A program made the translations under genes and the position numbers. Positions 1-12,304 of a stretch of 64,000 bases of DNA are shown here, one piece after another. The DNA comes from Anthoceros angustus. Its lineage: Eukaryota; Plantae; Anthocerotophyta. Every line of letters begins with the position of its first letter. Within the stretch, counting starts at the first letter, position 1. Location: the NCBI GenBank assembly GCA_010909165.1, contig MU008181.1, forward strand, positions 992,001 to 1,056,000. Direction: 5' to 3'. Under the pieces are notes generated by a model. That model ran no database searches. It was not told the DNA's origin and saw nothing but the letters and a program-made list of their open reading frames with translations.

Positions 1-350
1 AGTGCAGAGCCGGTGTCCAGGCTTCCGAAGAACGTGTAGTGATCTGATGAGCTGTCTGCAACTTGCCTGCCGCCCCGGAGTGACAGGATCCAATTTGGCT
101 GGCTCCTTCTGTAAACCCGTTGGCTGTTTCAAGAGAAGCCTAAGAAGCCAAAGCCTGGCGCGGAGTACAACTGCCAACCTCATCCAAAAATGCAACAACC
201 AGGGACAGCAACGCAACTGTGCACCAGCACTTTGAGGAGAGTTGATGCTCAGTTGGGTAGACGGCCTAGAAGATGATGCAAGAATGGAACTTTTAAATGG
301 ATTCCTCCTAGCACAAATGGTCCAAGTAGGACTCACCATAATCGTTATAT

Positions 351-3300
351 TCACCTGCCTCCTCCCGATAAATACTGCTTATCAAAATTCTGCAACTTCT
401 GTGGACACTCCCTTTTAATTCTCTCGCGTTCACATTTCCGCAGAGACACGTCCTCCCTGGTTCCATCCATTCGGACAAGGAACAGGCAAGGAGACTTGTG
501 CTGGGGGTGGAGTCCAAACTCCACAAACTTCACTCCACAGCCAATCTTCTCCTTCTCATTGGGATGGAATTTCAGCACATCGGACAAAAGATAGGCCTGG
601 TCATATCCTGTGAGCTTATCTCCTTCCCGATACTGGCCGTGCAGAACTCTCGTGATCCACTTGTTAGTGTCTCCGAGACTTCCCCCCTCAGCCATCGGCC
701 CGCCATAATTTCTGTCAGCATTCAAGCGACGTGGCGGCTTGGAACGCCTGTTTTCGGGTGGTGAGTGGCGACCAGGTGGTCCAGCCATGGAATATGGCCT
801 CATTGCACTCCTGCCCGGGGATGCCCTTCTAGTTTGAACAGGGTGCAAGTGCTCAGCTGAGACAGAAGATGATGGGTTCAACTGGCTGGGCTGAACTTGG
901 GCACTGGAGTGAACGACGGCAGATGGGCCAGCAGACGATGGCTTTGGCAGACTGGGCTCAATTGAAATCTTAGCTGAGATCCGGTAGTCAACTGGGCGGC
1001 CAGCAGACAATGCGTTCGGTAGTTTGGGATCAACTTGGGTAGTTGGTCTTACAGCTGGGCCAGCAGACAATGGGCTCGGCAGGCTGGGCTCAACTTGGGT
1101 GGTTTGTCTTTGACTCTGCGCTGAGTGCAAGGAGTCAGCTGGGCCAGCAGTCAATCGGTTCAGCAAGTTGGGCTCGGCTCGGGCGGCTGCCTGCAAGACA
1201 ACTGGGTTTGAAGACGGTGGTTTCATCACCTGATCACTTGGCACGTCAGGTGAATGGAGGGGGAACTCTGACCTAGAGGAGGAGACTACATTTACAGGAG
1301 GCATGACAGGGTTAGCAGCTGGTGGACGGGGGGCGGGGGATGGCTCGAATGAGGTTGGACACACACCTTGCCTGAGAGGGTGCGGGGTGGATACCGCTTC
1401 ATCCTGCATATCCGACAGCCACCTTTCTGTATCATTATCCGACGGCGCACTAAGGTACTGACTGGAAGGAGTGGTTGGAATCTGTTCTCCCCCAGACATG
1501 TCTGCAAAGAAAGACAGGAACTCGTGCACATCCATTTTGAACTCTGCCTTGTCAGCCTGGTGATCTTTCCAGATGATCTCCATGTCGGCACCAGTTCCAA
1601 GTTGAACCTCTTTTCCCCAGACAGCCGACGTCACCACACTGGACAGGTTCTCTGTATCACCTCTCATTGACGCCTGAGCAAACTTCCTCAAAGGTTCCTG
1701 GTCAGTAGCCTGAGTGAAGGGTGCGGTTAGCTTGTAGCACATCAGGAACTCTTGGTACCCCGGAGAGCTGATTCCCAAAACGTTGCCTGTGTGCACCATG
1801 GTGTCCGCTATAAGTTTGAGAAGCTTCCTGTCCATCACATTGCCCATGGTACTGGAGGCCAGGGTTAGACGCTGCAAGATGCAGCTCCTGGCAGCACTGA
1901 CGCCCAGATTATGGCGAATTTCTTGGATGCTGCCGGGCAGACTACGCTTCCAGTCTATCAAGTCTGACACCATCATGCATGCGTCTGCCACGATCTGCCA
2001 GGGCTGACCCCGGGCAGTCTTCTTCTTCACCTTTCCCAGCTTATAGCGAGGTTTAACGACCACATCGAGCACTAGCCCGGCACCAAAATCAACATCTTCC
2101 TCATCATCATCACTGCTGCCATCTGGCACTGGTGCTCTCCTTATTTTGTCCTCCCATCTGATCTTGACGGATTCTATCCGCTCGTCTCCTCTGACGACAG
2201 TCTCCATAACTGCTGGAAAGAGCATATCCCTGAGTATTTCCAAGTTCTCCTGCGCCTTTTCATCCGACGTATCATCCATGAGATGATGGAATATGTGCAG
2301 GCAAGGCTCTGTGGTGCTAAGGGGATGTGGACTACTAAGGGTGATGGCAGAAGTACAAGGATGACATGGAACTACTTCCATTTTGAAATAATTAAGTGTC
2401 TTATTGTTGTCCAGGTGCTTCCTGATCCGTTGTGCAATCATCTCCAGGGTCAGATCACACCTCTCCATGTCTGCCCCGCTTAGTTGCACATGTCCAAGAT
2501 ATGGTGATGTTCGAAAGGGAGTTGGACCCGTATGCTCATCATCTGTTGGAGTTAGATCCAGACCCTCCTCTACTGGACGATACTCTATGACAAATCTCCT
2601 CAAGAGCGATCTCAAGTTGATGATTTTCAGAAACTCCTGAATCTGCAAAGCTGCCGAATGACTTTTAACAACGGTTCGCACTTTTTGAGCCAGCCTCAAT
2701 GTTACCAGACGGTCAACTTCCTTGAGCGGAGCCGTGGTCCTGGAAAAGAAGGTCTCCCTCAACAGCTGAAGAGGATCCACCTTGCCTGCCGCTTGGGATG
2801 AACCCAGAACGAAGTTATAAGCTGGTTCAGCCAAAGACGTTGCTGCCAAGGCCCCGACAGCTTCTCCTGCCATTACAGGATTCGGAAGCGATTTCTTTGC
2901 CCCTTTGGTGCTGGCTTGGTCCAAATCCTCTGATGCTCTGCATCTCCCAAACCTGAGCTGAATAAGCTGCTGTGCCAAACGATGCCTGACAGTTCCATCA
3001 TAAGCTAAGTACATGTCCCGCATAAAAAGCATCAAAGACTTGAAAATTTTGTTCGGGAGCTCAAGTCCATAGCTAGGGGCAGAGCTCCTTGAGCACATTG
3101 CTTGTACGTAAAACTCCTTGGGTCTCAACCCATCCACCAGTGATCTTCGAATTAAGCCTGAAGCCTCCCAATGACCAGGCAGGTCCTGAACACTGAATTT
3201 CAGACTTTGCCCCTCTGTAGTAAAAGGTGCCCCTAACCTGTAGGGAAGCACTTCATTTCCTTTGTGGAGGTGGAGCCCGAGACATCCAGCTTGCTGTAGG

Positions 3301-5932
3301 AGCTTTCCCATGCTGCCCTTGCTGCCTGCTCTCACCATTGCCAACAGGGAGTTATCGGGTTGTATGTGACGCATAATCACATACTCGATTCTTCTGGAAA
3401 ACAGGCTCTGGAACTTGGCCACTCCCAAACTCTGCAAAGCTTTTACCTTGGCAGCGCTCCTTTTGGTGAAGGTGGTGTCGTTGGATGTCACGTTCAAGTT
3501 CCGTTTTGATCTTGGAATAAATGGATCCGAGATCAGTTGCTCACGTGAAGCATAAGTGATGGCCATGTCCAGCTGATCTCCTATCTCCTTAAGCATAGTC
3601 TTCCGGGTGCTGTCTAGAGCCACCATAAAGTCACTCAGGCCCACACTGAAACCCCTCTGCGACAACCACCAATTGGACATGGACTGGATAGCATCCAGAT
3701 GGCTCAAGGTCACGGCTGGCCCAGCTTCAGTATAGATGGCCTTGACCACTCCGCTGGCAGAGTTTTTGAGCCATTTGGAGCCATCATCGGAGTCCACAAT
3801 CTCCCCGTCGACAATCTCCACACCTCCACCCTGGTACTTCAAGGTGGGGGGCAGGGTCATGCTGAACACTTGCTTGCCCGTCCACCTAGATCCCTGAGGT
3901 GACTTGAAGATGGCTGGTATAGGTACCTTACTGGATCCCAGCATAGCCAACGTGCCCACATAATCCCTGGTCAGGAAAACGTCTCCCTGGACCAGCAGAT
4001 GTGCACCGAGCAAGGTATCCTGAGTGAGTGACACAATGGGCTGCCCACACTGCGGGTTGATGAGCTGCTGCTCCACAGTCATGAGCTCATGGCACTCCAC
4101 TATGGAAGGGAGAGACTGCGGAACAAAAACAGAGAAACAGTCACCGTCAAAATCTGCTCCGAAAGGGGGACAGATGAGGGGATTCAACCCGATAGCAGTG
4201 CTGGAATGCAGCACAACACGAAGTGCAATGAGAGAATGCTTGTGGGCCGAAGGCGGCCGATTGGCCACCACAAGATCACCATCCTTGAGGTGACGGTGCA
4301 CCAGATCCCCAACCTCCACCTCAAACCGTCCCTCATATTCACCGAGCGTATACTTGACATCATTCCTCACCACCCAGGTAGCCCCAGTTTCGTGGATACC
4401 CCTCACCGAGCCGTTCTGCACATAACCCTGCAACCTCTGCCGATTAAACAGGGTGACCACCTCGGGAACCGTGACAGTGCTTGCGATGGGGAAGGGAATC
4501 CCAATCTCCTGAATGAGCAGACTAGGATCCCCAGTGACTGCTCCCCGGAAGCAGAAGTCCGAGAATTTCCCGAAAACAACGTTCTTCATCCACAACTTAC
4601 CGGACGCCGCATGCCCCCTCTGCGCAGTGCCGTCAGGCTTCTTCTCGGGCTCCTCCTTCATCTTGGAAGCCCTGAGGTAGCGGGCATACGCCAGCTGCAG
4701 GCGGGAGTAATCATTGAGGCTGCGGAAAAAGGTGTGGTCGGCCGAGTTGTCGCGGATCGCTCTCACCTCCTTCAGCAGCTGCGTAAGCTTCTTGGTGGCC
4801 GGGTCGTTCTCGAGCGGAGCGATCATGGTGCTCCCGAAGCGCTCCACCACCCGGGTGCAGTTGGGCGGCACCGGCACGCAGGATAGAATGAGAGAGGCAG
4901 GATCAGCCACCCCAGTAGCCTCCCGCACCTCCTTCATCACGTCCTCCGGCAGCGCTTTGAGCAGCGTGTGGGCCTCCCTGGGCAGCAAGTACCTGCGCGT
5001 CAGCGGATCATTCTCGCTGGTCTTGTTGATGGGGCCGCCCAGGAAGTCCCAGTAGTCCGAGGCCAGCTCGGCCATGTCCTTGCCGCCCTCCATCTCGATC
5101 AGGTCCATGGGCGTGCCCCGGCAATCTCTGGGCGACAGCTTGATGTTGAGCTCGGGGTAGAGAGTGTTCCTGCGCGAGGAGCAGAATTTGCACGCCTCCT
5201 CTTCCTCCTCTGCTGCTGCTGCTGCTCCTCCTCCTCCTCCACCACCCACGTCCTCATCCTGTTCCTCCTGGGACTCGCCATCCTCCTCACCGCGCTCCAA
5301 ATCCTCCACGTCCGTCTCCTCCTCCTCCTCCTCCTCCTGATAGAGCCGGGAGCGGCGCCTCCTCTTGGCGGGGCCTGGCGGGGCCAGAGCCCGCCTCTTC
5401 TTCCGCACGCCGCTCTTGAAGCCGCCTCCGCCGCGGGGCCCCTGGCCCTGCGCTTGGGCAATTCCGGGGACGGGGAGCGGGGCCGGGGCCCGGATTGCTC
5501 CTGCAGCAGCTGGGGCTCCGCCAGCCAGGCTGCGAATTCGCCGCTGTCGAGCCGCAGCTTCTTCCGCCGCAGCTTGAGGCGGTTGCAGCGGAAGCAGACG
5601 GCGCGCAGCACCCTGATGAGGGCGGTGACGAAGAGCGGGTGGTAGATCTTCTCGGGGAGCGAGATGTGGCCGAAGTGGCCCTCGCAGTCCCTGGTGTTGT
5701 CCGCGCGGCAGGTGAGGCAGTGGCGCTCCCCGGAGCCGCACGGCAGGCCCAGCCGCGGGTCGTGCAGATCCTTGGCCCGCTCCAGGTGCCGGGACTCCCT
5801 TTGGAAGACGGAGAAATCCTCCAGCTGCTGCGACGGCATCACCTGGAAGCGGATGGCCCTGAGGCGCTCCCGCGGGGGAGCCCCCAGGTCCGGGTCCTCC
5901 AGCCGCGCCCCCTTCTCCTGCCGGGGCCTCAT
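351..5932 (-). CDS. Plant RNA polymerase IV/V largest subunit (NRPD1/NRPE1 family) with C-terminal DeCL (DUF3223) domain; the reading frame shifts near 5350-5560
   Basis: N-terminal Zn/clamp motifs (DPRLGLP..CLTC..CEGHFGHI..CFRC) lie in ORF 5099..5932. The rest lies in ORF 351..6071: VPVPPNC, GKFSDFCFRGAVTGDP, NRPPSAHKHSL, metal A site PFGADFDGDC (~4138-4170), WGKEVQLGTG, and DeCL-like LKFHPNEKEKIGCGV..CLFLVRMDGTREDVSLRKC. DFDGDC plus DeCL is diagnostic of Pol IV/V rather than Pol II. Confidence 0.92.
865..1180 (-). repeat. About five imperfect coding repeats in the Pol IV/V CTD (consensus approx. QVEPSLPxPLSAGP)
   Basis: EPNLLNRLTAGP / QVEPSLPSPLSAGP / QVDPKLPNALSAGR / SIEPSLPKPSSAGP / QVQPSQLNPSS; recurring DNA unit ggccagcag...tggg(c/a)tc. 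Confidence 0.75.
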
Positions 5933-7105
5933 CTTTCTGCCCTTGGATTCCGAGTGCCCACCAGCAGAGGGAGCGGGAGCAAGGCAGGCAGGCTGTCAGG
6001 CAGGCGCGCAAAGCAAGCCCAAATTGCGTCCGCCACCCGCTTCCGCTGCTGCGCGGTGATGAGCAGTCCAATTGGAGGAAGCGGCCATGCGGCAGCCGCC
6101 AGCCTCCTCAAGCTCGAGCTCAAGCTGAAGCTGGCCTCGGCAGTCGCAGTCGCAGTCGCAGTCGCAGCAGAATCAGCAACTGCAGCCACAGCCGCATTCC
6201 GGTTACGGCGCGATGTCCCCAGGCTGCATGCGTCTACTGCCCAAAACCGAAACGGGATGTTGCGCCCTTGGCCTCCTCCTCGACCTCGGCCTTGCCACAT
6301 TCTTCCCCTACTTGTCACCAGCCTTTTAGGTGGACTCGGATTCCAAAACTAAGACGCAAGACGCAAAACGCAAAACGCATCAGGATTCGTGCCCCCGACA
6401 TACCGCATAAAAACATCCACCAGGATTCACGGCGCCCGACTCACCGGCCCCAGTCAGGCTGCACGGAAACGGCACGCTGCTTGCCAGACTCCGCTGCCCC
6501 GCCCTCTATCCTCTGCCCTCTGCCCTCTGCATCTGCATTCAAAGAACCACCAACCGGTCGTGCGGGTCGTTTTCCGCATGTCACCTCTCGCCTCTTGCCG
6601 CCATCAGCGAAGTACATCGAATTAAGAAATTCCCGACATGGATTAAAAAACTCGCGTTTTATGTAAATGTACATCCAGAAATAGGGCGGACACATTTCAG
6701 TCTCTTCCCACTGGAATACGCCAGCCAGAAGGCTGGTCCACATTCGACTAGGGCTTGAGCCGACGAGGAGGCCAGCTTCAATGCCTTCTTACACTGGGTT
6801 ATTACCCTATTGGGTTTGTTAAACTACATCAGTCAGTTAAGCTTCCGTATGTATGTCTTCTCAGCTGAGGTCACTCCAGTCCCGGCGGAAGATGAAGCAC
6901 TGACGATACCTATAAGAACTACGTAACTGCAAGAAAATTGACAGGCCTCTTGTGCAATGTGCAAACCTGCCCTCTCCGTCACCCATTAGGGCGAGGGGGG
7001 CGCAAGTGCCTCGCCTCGGGATGCGAGCATCAGTGATGCCCGCCATCATCATGGTGCAGACACCTCCATAGCCTGGCTATCATGGCGCGCCCTCGTCAGT
7101 TGCTT

Positions 7106-9997
7106 TCATGCCACGACGTACTTGCGGACCACGATAACAGGCGGAGGAGCGGCTTGCACAATGATGAAAGAATATGACTCGCCCGGTGACAGCACCTGCC
7201 CCCAGTTAGGAAGAACCCAGTTTGAGCCCTTGCCGATCTTGGTCAAACCAAACAGCTCCCCGCTGTACCCTTTAATTCTCAGCACCAACTCTTTCACGGA
7301 CTTCTTCGACTTGTTGGTCACTGTTGCCACATACTTGTTGTAAACCTTGCCATCAGCATGCCAGGTTGCATCCTTCTTCTGTGTGATGACAATTTTCACT
7401 TTTGCTGACAGAAGAGTGAGAAACCTGTTAGAAAGCTGCACTATTCTTTACTTACTACTGCCACAACAAAAAATTGTTCGAAAGCTGCACTATTCCATAC
7501 TTACTGTCACAACCAACCCGTGACCTTCAGAACACATACCAGGTACATACGGCCTCGGGGATGGCTTCGGCGACGGCTTCTTCCCTGGCTTCGGGGCTGG
7601 CTTCGGAGCTGGCTTCTTCCCGGGCTTCGGAGCTGGCTTCTTCCCCGGCTTCGGAGCTGGCTTCTTTCCCGGCTTCGGCGCTGGCTTCTGCCCTGGGTTC
7701 TTCGGCGGGGGGATGGGCTTTGTCTTGGGCTTGGGAGGAGCCGGCGCAGGTGTTCTCTTGGGACTAGATGGTTTCCGCTTCCCAGTATTAACTGGAGGCT
7801 TCACGTCAGCTGCACACCATGACGGTACGTTACAATCTGACCACATCTCACAATCACACAGCCGCCGTATTCCATAAAAACAGGAGACAGTTCTTACCAC
7901 TCTGTGAGCCGTAGGGGGCGCCAGCGAGTTTTGCCAGCAACCCGACCAGAGGCCCATTGTTGTACGTAGCCGGCTCCGTTTGCTCGTAGTTGGTTCTCTC
8001 ATCCGCGAAATTGTCATTCTCGTCAGGGCCACCCACCAAGGCTCCAACAAGGGTGTTGGGGTTGGGAAGCGACCGGGAATACCAGTAAGAGTATCCCTCC
8101 TTGCAACCAACCAGGGCCCTGTTCTCCTTGTAGGATACAATGGATGCTCCTCTGTGATGAACGTGCTTGGCATAGCTGGTGCCGAATCCAACCATGTAGC
8201 TTGTGGACCTTGGGTTGTGGCCTAGGATGTAATCAGCCTGAAGCCAGTGCAGGACAATAATTTAGATTCAATAAACTTAAAAGTCAGGACCTTTTCTTAA
8301 GCCAAGTCATCCATTCTACACCCACCTGAGACTTGGCAAGACTGAAGAGCTGAGCCTTTGAGAAAGCCCCTGCAGGGCAATGGACTTGTCCCGTAGGAGG
8401 AAGGTAGTCGGAGTAGACGGCCAGGAGAAAGGCTGCTGCAGATACGTACTGCATGTTGTTCCATTGCCTCACATAAAGTAGGCCGCCTACACAACATGCC
8501 GCGAAGAAACGTGGGTAACCAATTCTTTTTACTGAATTCAGTTTTTCATGAAGTCACTCCACGATGTCTCACCAGGAGTTCGGTCGGTGTTGTCCCCGCC
8601 GTAGTTGCCTTGAAGCTGAGCGCACATGAAAAACTCGGCCTTCTGCTGGTACTGCTTGAAGGTATTCGCATAATAACCTCCCTTTCCTCCAAGCAAGATC
8701 TTCATAGAACAAAAACGCTTTCAGCCCCCCTAATCCATGGCAATACCGTCACGAGAACGGACGATTCAGGTGATCTATTGTATACCTGAGAAACGAGGAC
8801 TTGGACACCGGCATATTTCACATCCCAGCTGAACTCCTTCATTGCCCAAGATGAGCCTCCAAGAGAGCCGGCGTTGTCAGCCACGTACTTAAGGTAGAAC
8901 TCCTCACCAGTGGCCTTGTACAGCCAGATAGCAGCCCATAGGAGCTCATCCTGTACAGACTCACAACAATGTCAAAAGAGTTCAAACACACAGTTCCCAA
9001 CAGAGGTAGAAACGCCATCGCTGTGTCAAATCTTACAGCATAGCCACTTCTAGATGCGTAGAAGTTCCGGACAACGTTGATGCTGTAATCGTACTTTCCA
9101 CGATATGTGTCGGCGAAGGAAAACAACTGCACGATCAGCCACACATCAGCACTGATGGATGAGGCGTGAGGAAAATGGCAGAGTGACACGTCTAGAACGA
9201 AGACCTCACCTGCTTCGCATGGGTAAGAAGAATGCCAGAGTAGGATGGGTTGGCACGCTTGAATACAACGGATGCGGCAGCTAGTGCCGCTGCAGTCTCC
9301 CCTGCGAGATCGGAACCGGGATTCTCGGTGTCGATTTTGTAAGCAATACGCGGTGTTGTCATGTCCTCAGGTCGCATCCAGCACAAATGATCACTCTCCC
9401 CATCACCTACCTAAAACAGCTTCACAGTTAAAACCAGCATATTTACGCCCAAACAGAGAACCTGGCCTTATCAAACATTGCAAAGTACCTCGCCATAGAG
9501 CACATTAGGTTCGGGATGGGCTTTGATGAAGTAATCCGTAGCCCACTTGATAGCCTCCAAGGCATGCTGCAGCTCTCCCTGAGCTGCCAGCTGTGGTCTG
9601 TACTCAACCACACTCCACGCCAACATGGTGGCTGTAAACGCCATTGGGAGCCCAAACTTTACGTTGTCACCAGCATCGTAGTATCCACCAGTGAGGTCAA
9701 TCTGCAAATAAACACACAAAGATCAACGCACAGACAAAAAATGCGCTCCCGTTGCCAAGTGCAGCTGCTCAACACTGAAATCTTGCAACTCACCCCCTGG
9801 GCTTTGCCATCCTGCAGCCCGGAATCAGCTCTCCAAGTGACTCGCTGCGCCGGCAGAGGGCCAGACCGCTGCGCTTCATAGTAGAGAATGCTCTTACTGA
9901 GCGCATCCTTGTAATCAGTGCCGCGGGCAACCGAAAAGAGCGTTGCAATAACAACAACCGCGAGGCCAAGGGAGCAGCAGATCAGCTTCCGCCCCAT
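7106..9997 (-). CDS. Secreted glycoside hydrolase family 9 class C endo-1,4-beta-glucanase with Pro/Lys linker and C-terminal CBM49 (spliced, ~10 exons)
   Basis: Signal peptide, [88 protein letters not shown]. The last exon (7106-7404) is CBM49-like. GT-AG junctions join the exons in frame. Confidence 0.93.
7574..7695 (-). repeat. 24-bp coding tandem repeat encoding PAPKPGKK
   Basis: ggcttcttccccggcttcggagct units visible in about 4-5 copies. Confidence 0.9.
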
Positions 9998-12304
9998 TGC
10001 TAAACGCGCCCGTCTTTCAAAAGGAACACCGCCCTGCGAGGAGGAGCTGGATTCCCTCTCCTGCTACAGCCGCGACCTGAAAACAGCCATGGCGTGGAAA
10101 CAATCACGACAAAGCCTCACTCCCTCAGATCCCTGCACAAGAAAACACAGATAACATCAGGCTCAAGAATACTCACCGTGCAGACAAATGCACGACATAC
10201 AGAAGAAGATCGCACAAAAAATCGGGAGGGGCCACACAGCACTCAGATCCACACACAATGCAATACAAACCAAACACACTCAGCTCACCACAGATCTCTC
10301 ACACACTACGCGAGCAAACCAGATAGCCACACCATAAAACCGGCTGCGTGAAATTTCCAACACCGCAGCACGGAGGCGAACAAAGATTCCGCAAACGGGT
10401 CCGCAAATATCAGATCTTGAGCCCAAGATTGAGCGCCAGAGCAAAGAGAGGAGCAGCCACGCGGGGGCAAAGCAAGCAACTACGGTCCGACTCCCGGGCT
10501 AACAAACCTGTAAGACAGAGGCAGGGCGGGGAACGTACCGGTGAGCTGCACAGCACGGCGTGCTGCCAATGCTGCTGCAAAAAACTGGCTGACAGCGAGC
10601 TGCCGGACGCAGCAGCGGCAATGCGGCTCGATTGCAAGTGCAGGCAGCAGAGAGAGGCCTGCAAAGCGAGGGAGCCGCACGGCCACGCTCTGCAAGGAGC
10701 AAGAACGGGGAAATGGCACACACACAACAGGCGAGATGCACTCGAGCTGGGAGCACAAAACCCCTCCCCTCTGCACGGCGCAGGCCAGCAGAAGATGATG
10801 CTGCAGAAGCGGAAATGCGCGCAGACATATATGCGACCCCGAGGCGCGCCATGAGACGTCTCGACACGACACGACTCGACTGGAGGAGTCGAGCTCGCTT
10901 GATCGCGGACCACTTTCCCGGCCTCGGCGCGCTGGGGTGAGAGGCAGAGCCGCCAAAGGGAAAGGGGTGCGCCCAGGCTAGAGCTGCCCGAGTCCGAGCC
11001 CTGCCGTCACGACCCGACCCCGCGCGCCTAGGCCAGGCGCCTGCCCGGCCCGCGCTCCGATAGGCTCCGTTCCGTTTTCTACCCGGGGAAGCATAAATCG
11101 TAGAATAATGCCACTATTTAGGTTCCACAAAAGCTGTCAGAGTGGGTCAAGGCGTCGGAGTCGAAACAACCGAGTCCCGTGTTCGAGGCATGGGACTCGC
11201 TTAATGCGCCAATGAGCGCGCGGGGGAGAGTAAACGGCCACGAGACATGTCAGTCACATGTCTGACGTTTCGAAGCGTTTCGATGGACGTGGAGTGCGGC
11301 AGTTGGAAAGGACAAACGGGAAACGGCTGCGCCTGCCCTCGGTGGGCCCGCCCCTTCTTGAATGCTCCATTCCTCGACGTGGGCCCCCGCCCCGGGGCTC
11401 TATTAACCCGCCTGACTCTTACCCGCCAAGTCAGCCCTGTGCTTGGGCCCGGGGCTTGTGCTTTGCCCAAGCAGTGCGGCAAAGAACGCGGCTCCTCCTG
11501 GCAGTCGGCCTCTCATGCAGCCTGCAGCATGCTAGCGTCACTTGAAAAAAAATGCTAAACCCGAGGCGGGAAGGGTTGACATTGGATCTCCCCACCTCCA
11601 CAGTGTCCACACCGGACTCCCATCATTCAAAGGCTTTGAGTGGAATGAAGGCAACCTATTTTTAGTCCAACCGCCGAGAGGGACGCATTTCAAAAGCCCC
11701 GTCGTGTCCATCTCCCATGTTGCACAAGCTCGAGCTTGGCGTGGCACGTTCCTTCATTTGTCGATTTGTAGCTCGGCTGCTAGGTCTCCACATCTAGACG
11801 ACGCAAAAGGGCGTACGAGAAAAAGATAAATGGTGTACGATAATTAGTTGCAGAAAATTAGTTAGGTGATATTTTAGATAAGTTTTTTTAATTTTTATTC
11901 CATATTTTAAATTTAAATTTAAAATTGAGTAATATATTATATATTAATATATTAAATATCAAATTCATATGGATACAGATCTTCTCTTCCAACTCATAGT
12001 ATATTAGCAAGCCCTGAAGTTAGCTTCTTATAATATGTTGTTCCTCTTTTGTTCGCTATCGATTCCAAGTGTCTGTCGCAGAATGATGATATTGACTTGG
12101 ACCTAGCCTCCACAAAGCTTCAACACAACATTTTCAAGTTTACACTACTACATACTCATATTCGATCTGCGGCAATTTCCTGTGACTGGCACCACTCTGT
12201 GGACCTTTCTCTGGAGGACAAACGTAAATGAAGTCATACGCTCTCAAGAAGCACTGTGGAAATGGTAAAATTAGATTCAGCAAGCGATGGCGACTAACAG
12301 CAAT

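Noticed and set aside
5933-6071. Start of the 1906-aa ORF at 6071 as the true Pol IV/V start
   Set aside because: The first ~200 aa are low-complexity off-frame sequence; the conserved N-terminal motifs are in the frame starting at ATG 5932.
4089-6352. Long plus-strand ORFs antisense to the Pol IV/V gene
   Set aside because: Shadow ORFs of GC-rich coding sequence with no domain signal.
10094-11560. Multiple overlapping 85-170-aa ORFs upstream of GH9C
   Set aside because: GC-rich UTR/promoter sequence with no recognisable domains; such ORFs are expected by chance.
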